Positions 1 through 11,800 of a stretch of 64,000 nucleotides of DNA are shown one piece after another. The notes under the pieces are model-generated. The model was not told the origin of the DNA. It searched no databases and saw only the letters and a list, made by a program, of their open reading frames with translations. The stretch is taken from contig OZ024741.1 in assembly GCA_964016885.1 (NCBI GenBank), positions 251,038,001 through 251,102,000 of the forward strand, written 5' to 3'. Source of the stretch: Eledone cirrhosa. Lineage: Eukaryota. How positions within the stretch are numbered: the stretch's first letter is position 1; every line of letters begins with the position of its first letter. Made by a program: the position numbers and the translations under genes.

Positions 1-770
1 TTTTTTAAAAAAATCACTGTGAGATTTGTAAAAAAAATCAGGCGTAGATAATTTGTAAAAAAAATCAAGGGGAGATAATTTCCAGCCGTCCAAGGGGAGA
101 TAATTTCCAGCCGTGCAAGGGGAGATAATTTCCAGCCGTCCAAGGGAAGATAATTTCCATCCTTCCAAGGGGAGATAATTTCCAGCCGTCCAAGGGGAGA
201 TTATTTCCCGCCAGCCAAGGTAAGGTAATATTTAAAAAAATCAGGCGGAGATAATTTGTAAAATAAATCAGTGGGAGATAATTTGTAAAAAAAAAATCAG
301 GGGGAGATAATTTGTAAAAAAAAATCAGGCGGAGATAATTTGTAAAAAAAATCAAGGGGAGATAATTTCCAGCCGTTCAAGGGGAGATAATTTCTAGCCG
401 TCCAAGGGGAGATAATTTCCAGCCGTCCAAGGGGAGATAAATTCCAGCCTCCAAGGGGAGATAATTTGTAAAAAAATCAGGGGGAGATAATTTGTAAAAA
501 AAAATCAGGGGGAGATAATTTGTAAAAAAAAATCAGGGGTGATAATATGTAAAAAAAATCAAGGGGAGATAATTTCCAGCCGTCCAAGGGAAGATAATTT
601 CCAGCCCTCCAAGGGGCTATAATTTCCAGCGTCCAAGGGGGGGTAATTTCCAGCCAGCGAAGGGGAGATAATTTTTTTTAAAAAATCACTGGGAGATTTG
701 TAAAAGAAATCAGGGGGAGATAATTTGTAAAAAAAATCAAGGGGAGATAATTTCCAGCCGTCCAAAGAGA
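1..770 (+). repeat. Segment duplicated at ~49448-50215 (offset 49447)
   Basis: Shared rare variants cactgtgag, caggcgtag, gagattatttcccg, caaggtaag, cagtgggag, caagggggggtaat and gtaaaagaaat. ORF pair 65..355 / 49512..49802. Confidence 0.9.
660..700 (+). repeat. Example type-C linker monomer (GATAA-T8-A6-TC) followed by a modified B head (ACTGGGAGATTTGT, lacking TAA)
   Basis: aggggagataattttttttaaaaaatcactgggagatttgt. C-type linkers occur at most A-to-B switches and are followed by heads such as CAGGCGG, CAGGTGG, CACTGGG, TAGGGGG or GAGGCGG. Confidence 0.93.
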
Positions 771-1768
771 GGTAATTTCTAGCCGTCCAAGGGGAGATAA
801 TTTGCAGCCAACGGGAGATAATTTCCAGCCGTCCAAGGGGAGATAATTTCCAGCCGTGCAAGGGGAGATAATTTGTAAAAAAAATCAGGGGGAGATGATT
901 TCCATCCAGCCAAGGAGAGATAATTTTAAAAAAATCAGGCGGAGATAATTTGTAAAAAAAAAAATCAGGGGGAGATAATTTGTAAAAAAAAATCAGGGGG
1001 AGATAATTTGTAAAAAAAATCAAGGGGAGATAATTTCCAGCCGTCCAAGGGGAGATAATTTCCAGCCAGCGAAGGGGAGATAATTTTTTTTTTTAAATCA
1101 GGGGTAGATTGGTAAAAAAAAATCACGGGGAGATAATTTGTAAAAAAATCAAGTGGAGATAATTTCCAGCCGTCGAAGGAGAGATAATTTATAGCCGTCC
1201 AAGGGGAGATAATTTCCAGCAAGCCAAGGGAGATAATTTTTTTAAAAAATCAGGCGGAGATGATTTGTAAAAAAATCAGGTGGAGATAATTTGTTAAAAC
1301 AAATCAGGGGGCGATAATTTCCAGCCGTCCAAGGGGAGATAATTTCCAGCCGTCCAAGGGGAGATAATTTTTTTTTTTAAATCAGAGGAGATAATTTGTA
1401 AAAAAAATCAGCGGAAGATAATTTGTGAAAAAAATCAGGGGGAGATAATTTGTAAAAAAAAATCAGGGGGAGCTAATTTGTAAAAAAATATCAGGGGGAG
1501 ATAATTTCCAGCCAGCCAAGGGGAGATAATTTCCAGCCAAGGGGAGATAATTTCCAGCCGTCCAAGGGGAGATAATTTTTTAAAAAATCAGGTGGAGATA
1601 GTTTGTAAAAAAATCAGGGGAAGATAATTTGTAAAAACAAAATCAAGGGCAGATAATTTCCAGCCGTCCAAGGGGAGATAATTTCCAGCAGTGCAAGGGG
1701 AGATAATTTCCAGCCGTCCAAGGGGAGATAATTTCCATCCTTCCAAGGGGAGATAATTTCCAGCCGTC
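730..1768 (+). repeat. Segment nearly identical to 62960-64000 (offset 62232); more diverged partial copies near 42610-43290 and 59480-60120
   Basis: Shared variants ttgcagccaacggg, gagatgatttccatcc, gtagattggt, gtcgaagg, ttatagcc, gttaaaacaaatc, cagcggaag and gatagtttgt. ORFs 965..1222 and 63197..63454 translate identically. Confidence 0.92.
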
Positions 1769-3560
1769 CAAGGGGAGATAATTTCCCGCCAGCCAAGGGA
1801 AGATAATACTTTAAAAAATCAGGCGGAGATAATTTGTAAAAAAAATCAGGGGGAGATAATTTGTAAAAAAATCGGGGGGAGATAATTTGTAAAAAAAAAA
1901 TCAGGGGGAGATAATTTGGAAAAAAAATCAGGGGTAGATAATTTGTAAAAAAAAAATCAGGGGGAGATAATTTGGAAAAAAAAATCAAGGGGAGATAATT
2001 TCCAGCCGTCCAAGGGGAGATAATTTCCAGCCGTCCAAGGGGAGATAATTTTTAAAAAAAATCATGCGGAGATAATTTGTAAAAAAAAAATCAGGGGGAG
2101 ATAATTTGTAAAAAAATCAAGGGGAGATAATTTCCAGCCGTCCAAGGGGAGACAATTTTCAGCAGTCCAAGGAGAGGTAATTTCTAGCCTTTCAAGGGGA
2201 GATAATTTCCAGCCGTCCAAGGGGAGATAATTTCCAGCCGTCCAAGGGGAGATAATTTTAAAAAAAAATCAGGCGGAGCTAATTTGTAAAAAAAATAATC
2301 AGGGGCAGATAATTTGTAAAAAAAAAATCAGGGGGAGATAATTTGTACACAAAATCAAGGGGAGATAATTTCCAGCCGTCCAAGGCGAGATAATTTCCAG
2401 CCGTCCAAGGGGAGATAATTTACAGCTGTCCAAGTAGAGGTAATTTCTAGGCGTCCAAGGGGAGATAATTTCCAGCCGTCCAAGGGGAGATAATTTCCAG
2501 CCAGCCAAGGGGAGATAATTTCCAGCCAGCCAAGGGGAGATATTTGTAAAAAAAATCAGGGAGAGATAATTTGTAAAAAAAAAATCAGGTGTAGATAATT
2601 TGTAGAAAACATAAAGGGGAGATAATTTCCAGCCGTCCAAGGGGAGAAAATTTCCATCCAGCCAAGGGGAGATAATTTTTTTTTAAATATCAGGCGGAGA
2701 TAATTTGTAAAAAAAAATCAGGGGGAGATAATTAGTAAAAAAATCAAGGGGAGACAATTTCCAGCCGTCCAAGGGGAGATAATTTCCAGCCCTACAAGCA
2801 GCTATAATTTCAAGCCGTCCAAAGGGAGATAATTTCCAGCCAGCGAAGGGGAGATAATTTTTTTTTAAATTAGGGGGAGATTTGTAAAAAAAATCAGGGG
2901 GAGATAATTTGTAAAAAAAATCAAGGGGAAATAATTTCCAGCCGTCCAAGGGGAGATAATTTTCAGCCGTCCAAGGGGAGATAATTTCCAGCCGTCCAAG
3001 GAGAGGTAATTTCTAGCCGTCCAAGGGGAGATAATTTCCAGCCGTCCAAGGGGAGATAATTTCCAGCCGTCCAAGGGGAGATAATTTCCAGCCGTTCAAG
3101 GGGAGATAATTTTCAGCCGTCCAAGAAGAGGTAATTTCTAGCCGTCCAAGGGGAGATAATTTCTAGCCGTCCAAGGGGAGATAATTTCCAGCCGTCCAAG
3201 GGGAGATAATTTTTTTTTTTAAATCAGGGGAGGTCATTTGTAAAAAAAATTAGGGGGAGATAATTTGTGAAAAAAATCAGGGGGAGATAATTTGTAAAAA
3301 AAAATCAGGGGGAGCTAATTTGTAAAAAAATATCAGGGGGAGATTATTTCCAGCCAGCCAAGGGGAGATAATTTGTAAAAAAAATCAATGGGAGATAATT
3401 TCCAGCCGTCCAAGGGGAGATAATTTCCAGCCGTCCAAGGGGAGATAATTTTAAAAAAATAATCAGGCGGAGATAAGTTGTAAAAAAAAATCAGGGGGAG
3501 ATAATTTGTAAAAAAAAATCAGGGGGAGATAATTTGTAAAAAAAATCAAGGGGAGATAAT
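1720..3560 (+). repeat. Segment duplicated at ~60120-62040 (offset ~58.4 kb)
   Basis: Shared gataatact, ctagcctttc, gtacacaaaatc, caagtagaggtaat, caggtgtag, gtagaaaacataaa, ttcaagccg and gataagttgt. Confidence 0.85.
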
Positions 3561-3829
3561 TTCCAGCCGTCCAAGGGGAGATAATTTCCATCCTTCCAAA
3601 GGGAGATAATTTCCAGCCGTCCAAGGGGAGATAATTTCCCGCCAGCCAAGGGAAGATAATATTTAAAAAAATCAGGCGGAGATAATTTGTAAAAAAAATC
3701 AGGGGTAGATAATTTGTAAAAAAATCAGGGGGAGATAATTTGTAAAAAAAAATCAGGGGGAGATAATTTGTAAAAAAAATCAGGGGGAGATAATTTGTAA
3801 AAAAAAATCAGGGGTAGATAATTTGTAAG

Positions 3830-4430
3830 AAAAAATCAGGGGGAGATAATTTGTAAAAAAAATCAAGAGGAGATAATTTCCAGCCGTCCAAGGGAAGATA
3901 ATTTCCAGCCCTCCAAGGGTCTATAATTTCCAGTGTCCAAGGGGAGATAATTTCCAGCCAGCGAAGGGGAGATAATTTTTTTAAAAAATCAAGGGGAGAT
4001 TTGTAAAAAAAATCAGAGGGAGATAATTTGTAAAAAAAATCAAAGGGAGATAATTTCCAGCCGTCCAAAGAGAGATAATTTCTAGCCGTCCAAGGGGAGA
4101 TAATTTCCAGCCAAGGGGAGATAATTTCCAGCCGTCCAAGGGGAGATAATTTTTTAAAAAATCAGGTGGAGATAATTTGTAAAAAAAATCAGGGGGAGAT
4201 AATTTGTAAAAACAAAATCAAGGGCAGATAATTTCCAGCTGTCCAAGGGGAGATAGTTTCCAGCCGTCCAAGGGGAGATAATTTCCCGCCAGCCAAGGGA
4301 AGATAATATTTAAAAAAATCAGGCGGAGATAATTTGTAAAATAAATCAGGGGGAGATAATTTGTAAAAAAATCAGGGGCAGATAATTTGTAAAAAAAAAA
4401 TCAGGGGGAGATAATTTGTAAAAAAAATCA
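3830..4430 (+). repeat. Segment repeated at ~7770-8370 (offset 3937) and ~35610-36180
   Basis: Shared caagaggag, caagggtctat, ccagtgtcc, cagagggag, caaagggag, cagctgtcc/gatagttt. ORFs 3808, 7745 and 35583 translate almost identically. Confidence 0.88.
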
Positions 4431-6759
4431 GGGGGAGATAATTTGTAAATAAAAATCAGGGGTAGATAATATGTAAAATAAAATCAGGGGGAGATAATTT
4501 GTAAAAAAAAAAATCAGGGGGAGATAATTCGTAAAAAAAATCAAGGGGAGATAATTTTCAGCCGTCCAAGGAGAGGTAATTTCTAGCCGTCCAAGGGGAG
4601 ATCATTTCCAGCCGTCCAAGGGGAGATAATTTCCAGCCGTCCAAGGGGTGATAATTTTTTTAAAAAATCAGGCGGAGATAATTTGTAAAAAAAAAATCAG
4701 GGGGAGATAATTTGTAAAAAAAAATCAGGGGGAGATAATTTGTAAAAAAAAAATCAGGGGGAGATAATTTCCAGCCGTCCAAGGGGAAATAATTTTCAGC
4801 CGTCCAAGGAGAGGTAATTTCTAGCCGTCCAAGGGGAGATAATTTCCAGCCGTGCAAGGGGAGATAATTTCCAGCCGTCCAAGGGGAGATAATTTCCATC
4901 CTTCCAAGGGGAGATAATTTCCAGACGTCCAAGGGGAGATAATTTCCATCCAGCCAAGGGGAGATAATTTAAAAAAAATCAGGCGGAGATAATTTCTAAA
5001 AAAAAAAATCAGGGGGAGATAATTTGTAAAAAAAAATCAGGGGGAGCTAATTTGTAAAAAAAAAACAGGGGGAGATAATTTCCAGCCAGCCAAGGGGAGA
5101 TAATTTCCAGCCAGCCAAGGGGAGATAATTTCCAGCCAGCCAAGGGGAGATATTTGTAAAAAAAAATCAGGGAGAGACAATTTGTAAAAAAAAAATCAGG
5201 GGTAGATAATTTGTAGAAGAAATCAAGGGGAGATAATTTCCAGCCGTCCAAGAGGAGATAATTTCCATCCAGCCAAGGGGAGATAATTTTTTTTAAAAAA
5301 TGAGGCGGAGATAATTTGTAAAAAAAAATCAGGGTGAGATAATTAGTAAAAAAATCAAGGGGAGATAATTCCCAGCCGTCCAAGGGGAGATAATTTCCAG
5401 CCCTACAAGCGGCTATAATTTCCAGCCGTCCAAAGGAAGATAATTTCCAGCCAGCGAAGGGGAGGTAATTTTTTTTTAAATTAGGGGGAGATTTGTAAAA
5501 AAAATCAGGGGGAGATAATTTGTAAAAAAAATCAAGGGGAAATAATTTCCAGCCGTCCAAGGGGAGATAATTTCCAGCCGTCCAAGGGCAGATAATTTCC
5601 AGCCGTCCAAGGAGAGGTACTATCTAGCCGTCCAAGGGGAGATAATTTCCAGCCGTCCAAGGGGAGATAATTTCCAGCCGTCCAAGGGGAGATAATTTCC
5701 AGCCGTCCAAGGAGACATAATTTCCAGCCGTCCAAGGAGAGGTAATTTCTAGCCGTCCAAGGGGAGATAATTTCCAGCCTCCAAGGGGAGATAATTTCCA
5801 GCCAGCCAAGGGGAGATAATTTGTAAAAAAAATCAGGAGATAATTTGTAAAAAAAAATCAGGGGGAGATAATTTGTAAAAAAAAATCAGGGGGAGATAAT
5901 TTGTAAAAAAAATCAAGGGGAGATAATTTCCAGCCGTCCAAGGGGAGATAATTTTCAGCCGTCCAAGGAGAGGTAATTTCTAGCCGTCCAAGGGGAGATA
6001 ATTTCCAGCCGTCCAAGGGGAGATAATTTCCAGCCGTCCAAGGGTAGATCATTTTTAAAAAAATCAGGTGGAGATAATTTGTAAAAAGAAAATCAGGGGC
6101 AGATAATTTGTAAAAAAAAATCAGGGGGAGATAATTTGTAAAAAAAATCAAGGGGAGATAATTTCCAGCCGTCCAAGGGAAGATAATTTCCAGCCCTCCA
6201 AGGGAAGATAACTTCCAGCCCTCCAAGCGGCTATAATTTCCAGCGTCCAAGGGGAGATAATTTCCAGCCAGCGAAGGGGAGATAATTTTTTTTTAAAAAT
6301 CACTGGGAGATTTGTAAAAAAAATCAGGGGGAGATAATTTGTAAAAAGAATCAAGGGGAGATAATTTCCAGCCGTCCAAAGAGAGATAATTTCTAGCCGT
6401 CCAAGGGGAGATAATTTCCAGCCAAGGGGAGATAATTTCCAGCCGTCCAAGGGGAGATAATTTTTAAAAAAATCAGGTGGAGATAATTTGTAAAAAAAAT
6501 CAGGGGAAGATAATTTGTAAAAACAAAATCAAGGGCAGATAATTTCCAGCCGTCCAAGGGGAGATAATTTCCAGCAGTGCAAGGGGAGATAATTTCCAGC
6601 CGTCCAAGGGGAGATAATTTCCATCCTTCCAAGGGGAGATAATTTCCAGGCGTCCAAGGGGAGATAATTTCCCGCCAGCCAAGGGAAGATAATATTTAAA
6701 AAAATCAGGCGGAGATAATTTGTAAAAAAAATCAGGGGGAGATAATTTGTAAAAAAAAT

Positions 6760-7034
6760 CAAGGGGAAATAATTTCCAGCCGTCCAAGGGGAGATAATTT
6801 CCAGCCGTCCAAGGGGAGATAATTTCCAGCCGTCCAAGGAGAGGTAATTTCCAGCCGTCCAAGGGGAGATAATTTCCAGCCGTCCAAGGGGAGATAATTT
6901 CCAGCCGTTCAAGGGGAGATAATTTCCAGCCGTCCAAGGAGAGGTAATTTCTAGCCGTCCAAGGGGAGATCATTTCCAGCCGTCCAAGGGGAGATAAATT
7001 CCAGCCTCCAAGGGGAGATAATTTCCAGCCAGCC
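6760..7034 (+). repeat. Example type-A block: ~11 copies of the 25-bp monomer CAAGGGGAGATAATTTCCAGCCGTC
   Basis: Direct reading shows 25-bp periodicity with recurrent variants (GGGGAAAT, GGAGAGGT, CCGTTC, CTAGCC, 24-bp CAGCCTCC, CAGCCAGCC). Similar long blocks lie at ~5533-5808, 9066-9390, 48636-48935 and 61324-61670. Confidence 0.97.
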
Positions 7035-7225
7035 AAGGGGAGATAATTTGTAAAAAAATCAGGGGGAGATAATTTGTAAAAAAAAATCAGGGGGAGATAA
7101 TTTGTAAAAAAAAATCAGGGGGAGATAATTTGGAAAAAAAAATCAGGGGTAGATAATTTGTAAAAAAAAATCAGGGGGAGATAATTTGTAAAAAAAAATC
7201 AGGGGGAGATAATTTGTAAAAAAAT
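7035..7225 (+). repeat. Example type-B block: ~7 copies of CAGGGGGAGATAATTTGT(A)nT
   Basis: Direct reading; monomer length varies with the A tract. Similar blocks lie at ~3675-3860, 4320-4540, 36068-36290 and 43720-43910. Confidence 0.97.
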
Positions 7226-8867
7226 CAAGGGGAGATAATTTCCAGCCGTCCAAGGGGAGATAATTTTAAGCCGTCCAAGGAGAGGTAATTTCTAGCCGTT
7301 CAAGGGGAGATAATTTCCAGCCGTCCAAGGGGAGATAATTTCCAGCCGTCCAAGGGGAGATAATTTTAAAAAAAAATCAGGCGGAGCTAATTTGTAAAAA
7401 AATAATCAGGGGCAGATAATTTGTAAAAAAAAATCAGGGGGAGATAATTTGTATACAAAATCAAGGGGAGATAATTTCCAGCCGTCCAAGGCGAGATAAT
7501 TTCCAGCCGTCCAAGGGGAGATAATTTACAGCTGTCCAAGGGGAGATAATTTCCAGCCAGCGAAGGGGAGATAATTTCCAGCCAGCCAAGGGGAGATATT
7601 TGTAAAAAAAATCAGGGAGAGATAATTTGTAAAAAAAAATCAGGGCCAGATAATTTGTAGAAGACATAAAGGGGAGATAATTTCCAGCCGTCCAAGGGGA
7701 GAAAATTTCCATCCAGCCAAGGGGAGATAATTTTTAAAAAAAAATCAGGCGGAGATAATTTGTAAAAAAAAATCAGGGGGAGATAATTTGTAAAAAAAAT
7801 CAAGAGGAGATAATTTCCAGCCGTCCAAGGGAAGATAATTTCCAGCCCTCCAAGGGTCTATAATTTCCAGTGTCCAAGGGGAGATAATTTCCAGCCAGCG
7901 AAGGGGAGATAATTTTTTTAAAAAATCAAGGGGAGATTTGTAAAAAAAATCAGAGGGAGATAATTTGTAAAAAAAATCAAAGGGAGATAATTTCCAGCCG
8001 TCCAAAGAGAGATAATTTCTAGCCGTCCAAGGGGAGATAATTTCCAGCCAAGGGGAGATAATTTCCAGCCGTCCAAGGGGAGATAATTTTTTAAAAAATC
8101 AGGTGGAGATAATTTGTAAAAAAAATCAGGGGGAGATAATTTGTAAAAACAAAATCAAGGGCAGATAATTTCCAGCTGTCCAAGGGGAGATAGTTTCCAG
8201 CCGTCCAAGGGGAGATAATTTCCCGCCAGCCAAGGGAAGATAATATTTAAAAAAATCAGGCGGAGATAATTTGTAAAATAAATCAGGGGGAGATAATTTG
8301 TAAAAAAATCAGGGGCAGATAATTTGTAAAAAAAAAATCAGGGGGAGATAATTTGTAAAAAAAATCAGGGGGAGATAATTTGTAAAAAAAAAAATCAGGG
8401 GGAGATAATTCGTAAAAAAAATCAAGGGGAGATAATTTTCAGCCGTCCAAGGAGAGGTAATTTCTAGCCGTCCAAGGGGAGATCATTTCCAGCCGTCCAA
8501 GGGGAGATAATTTCCAGCCGTCCAAGGGGTGATAATTTTTTTTAAAAAATCAGGCGGAGATAATTTGTAAAAAAAAAATCAGGGGAGATAATTTGTAAAA
8601 AAAAATCAGGGGGAGATAATTTTTAAAAAAAATCAAGTGGAGATAATTTCCAGCCGTCCAAGGGAAGATAATTTCCAGCCTCCAAGGGGCTATAATTTCC
8701 AGCGTCCAAGGGGAGATAATTTCCAGCCAGCGAAGGGGAGATAATTTTTTTTTAAAAATCACTGGGAGATTTGTAAAAAAAATCAGGGGGAGATAATTTG
8801 TAAAAAGAATCAAGGGGAGATAATTTCCAGCCGTCCAAAGAGAGATAATTTCTAGCCGTCCAAGGGG

Positions 8868-11800
8868 AGATAATTTCCAGCCAAGGGTAGATAATTTCCA
8901 GCCGTCCAAGAGGAGATAATTTTTTTAAATATCAGGTGGAGATAATTTGTAAAAAAAATCAGGGGGAGATAATTTGTAAAAACAAAATCAAGGGCAGATA
9001 ATTTCCAGCCGTCCAAGGGGAGATAATTTCCAGCCGTGCAAGGGGAGATAATTTGTAAAAAAAATCAGGGGGAGATAATTTCCAGCCGTCCAAGGGGAGA
9101 TAATTTTCAGCCGTCCAAGGAGAGGTAATTTCTAGGCGTCCAAGGGAAGATAATTTCCAGCCGTGCAAGGGGAGATAATTTCCAGCCGTCCAAGGGGAGA
9201 TAATTTCCATCCTTCCAAGGGGAGATAATTTCCAGCCGTCCAAGGGGAGATAATTTCCAGCCGTTCAAGGGGAGATAATTTCCAGCCGTTCAAGGGGAGA
9301 TAATTTCTAGCCGTCCAAGGTGAGATAATTTCCAGCCGTCCAAGGGGAGATAAATTCCAGCCTCCAAGGGGAGATAATTTCATTCCAGCCAAGGGGAGAT
9401 AATTTGTAAAACAATCAGGGGGAGATAATTTGTAAAAAAAAATCAGGGGGAGATAATTTGTAAAAAAAAATCAGGGGTGATAATATGTAAAAAAAATCAA
9501 GGGGAGATAATTTCCAGCCGTCCAAGGGAAGATAATTTCCAGCCCTCCAAGGGGCTATAATTTCCAGCGTCCAAGGGGAGGTAATTTCCAGCCAGCGAAG
9601 GGGAGATAATTTTTTTAAAAAAATCACTGGGAGATTTGTAAAAAAAATCAGGGGGAGATGATTTGTAAAAAAAATCAAGGGGAGATAATTTCCAGCCGTC
9701 CAAAGAGAGATAATTTCTAATCGTCCAAGGGGAGATAATTTCCAGCCAAGGGGAGATAATTTCCAGCCGTCCAAGGGGAGATAATTTTTTTAAATATCAG
9801 GTGGAGATAATTTGTAAAAAAAATCAGGGGGAGATAATTTGTAAAAACAAAATCAAGGGCAGATAATTTCCAGCCGTCCAAGGGGAGATAATTTCCAGCC
9901 GTGCAAGGGGAGATAATTTGTAAAAAAATCAGGGGGAGATAATTTCCAGCCGTCCAAGGGGAGATAATTTTCAGCCGTCCAAGGAGAGGTAATTTCTAGC
10001 CGTCCAAGGGGAGATAATTTCCAGCCGTGCAAGGGGAGATAATTTCCAGCCGTCCAAGGGGAGATAATTTCCATCCTTCTAAGGGGAGATAATTTCCAGC
10101 CGTCCAAGGGGAGATAATTTCCATCCAGCCAAGGGGAGATAATTTTTAAAAAATCAGGCGGAGATAATTTGTAAAAAAAAAAATCAGGGGGAGATAATTT
10201 GTAAAAAAAAATCAGGGGGAGCTAATTTGTAAAAAAATATCAGGGGGAGATAATTTCCAGCCAGCCAAGGGGAGATAATTTCCAGCCAGCCAAGGGGAGA
10301 TAATTTGTAAAAAAAATCAATGGGAGATAATTTCCAGCCGTCCAAGGGGAGATAATTTCCAGCCAGCCAACGGGAGATAATTTCCAGCCAGCCAAGGGGA
10401 GATATTTGTAAAAAAAAATCAGGGAGAGATAATTTGTAAAAAAAAATCAGGGGTAGATAATTTGTAGAAGAAATCAATGGGAGATAATTTCCAGCCGTCC
10501 AAGGGGAGATAATTTCCATCCAGCCAAGGGGAGATAATTTTTTTTAAAAAATGAGGCGGAGATAATTTGTAAAAAAAAATCAGGGTGAGATAATTAGTAA
10601 AAAAATCAATGGGAGATAATTCCCAGCCGTCCAAGGGGAGATAATTTCCAGCCCTAAAAGCGGCTATAATTTCCAACCGTCCAAAGGAAGATAATTTCCA
10701 GCCAGCGAAGGGGAGATAATTTTTTTTAAAATTAGGGGGAGATTTGTAAAAAAAAATCAGGGGGAGATAATTTGTAAAAAAAATCAAGGGGAAATAATTT
10801 CCAGCCGTCCAAGGGGAGATAATTTCCAGCCGTCCAAGGGCAGATAATTTCCAGCCGTCCAAGGAGAGATAATTTCCAGCCGTCCAAGGGCAGATAATTT
10901 CCAGCCGTCCAAGGAGAGGTAATTTCTAGCCGTCCAAGGGGAGATAATTTCCAGCCTCCAAGGGGAGATAATTTCCAGCCAGCCAAGGGGAGATAATTTG
11001 TAAAAAAAATCAGGAGATAATTTGTAAAAAAAAATCAGGGGGAGATAATTTGTAAAAAAAAATCAGGGGGAGATAATTTTTAAAAAAAAATCAGGGGGAG
11101 ATAATTTGTAAAAAAAATCAAGGGGAGATAATTTCCAGCCGTCCAAGGGAAGATAATTTCCAGCCCTCCAAGGGAAGATAACTTCCAGCCCTCCAAGGGG
11201 CTATAATTTCCAGCGTCCAAGGGGAGATAATTTCCAGCCAGCGAAGGGGAGATAATTTTTTTAAAAAAATCACTGGGAGATTTGTAAAAAAAATCAGGGG
11301 GAGATAATTTGTAAAAAAAATCAAGGGGAGATAATTTCCAGCCGTCCAAAGAGAGATAATTTCTAATCGTCCAAGGGGAGATAATTTCCAGCCAAGGGGA
11401 GATAATTTCCAGCCGTCCAAGGGGAGATAATTTTTTAAAAAATCAGGTGGAGATAATTTGTAAAAAAAATCAGGGGAAGATAATTTGTAAAATCAAAATC
11501 AAGGGCAGATAATTTCCAGCCGTCCAAGGGGAGATAATTTCCAGCAGTGCAAGGGGAGATAATTTCCAGCCGTCCAAGGGGAGATAATTTCCATCCTTCC
11601 AAGGGGAGATAATTTCCAGGCGTCCAACGGGAGATAATTTTCCGCCAGCCAAGGGAAGATCATATTTAAAAAAATCAGGCGGAGATAATTTGTAAAAAAA
11701 ATCAGGGGGAGATAATTTGTAAAAAAATCAGGGTGAAATAATTTGTAAAAAAAAACAGGGGGAGATAATTTGTAAAAAAAAATCAGGGGGAGATAATTTG

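Larger units (their letters stand above)
5130..8100 (+). repeat. Segment duplicated at ~33130-35950 (offset ~28.0 kb, dropping to ~27.84 kb after an internal deletion)
   Basis: ORF pairs 5532/33528, 5858/33882, 6500/34524, 7612/35450 and 7745/35583. Shared gagacaattt, gagacataat, ttttaagccg and gggccagat. Confidence 0.82.

Noticed and set aside
610-625. TATAAT (-10 box) in GGCTATAATTT and Shine-Dalgarno-like AAGGAG/GAGGT variants
   Set aside because: They are one- or two-base variants of the repeat core, with no -35 element, start codon or open + strand frame downstream.
1075-1100. Intrinsic terminators at T-runs
   Set aside because: No stable GC-rich hairpin precedes the T-runs and there is no upstream gene; these are type-C linkers.
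3675-3860. Canonical G-quadruplex from periodic G4-5 runs
   Set aside because: The runs are ~21-24 nt apart, far longer than typical G4 loops. Intermolecular structures cannot be excluded but are unsupported.
4320-4540. Phased A-tract curvature
   Set aside because: A tracts recur every ~27-29 bp (about 2.6-2.8 helical turns), out of phase with 10.5 bp. A+B is about 5 turns, but the monomers occur in blocks and do not strictly alternate.
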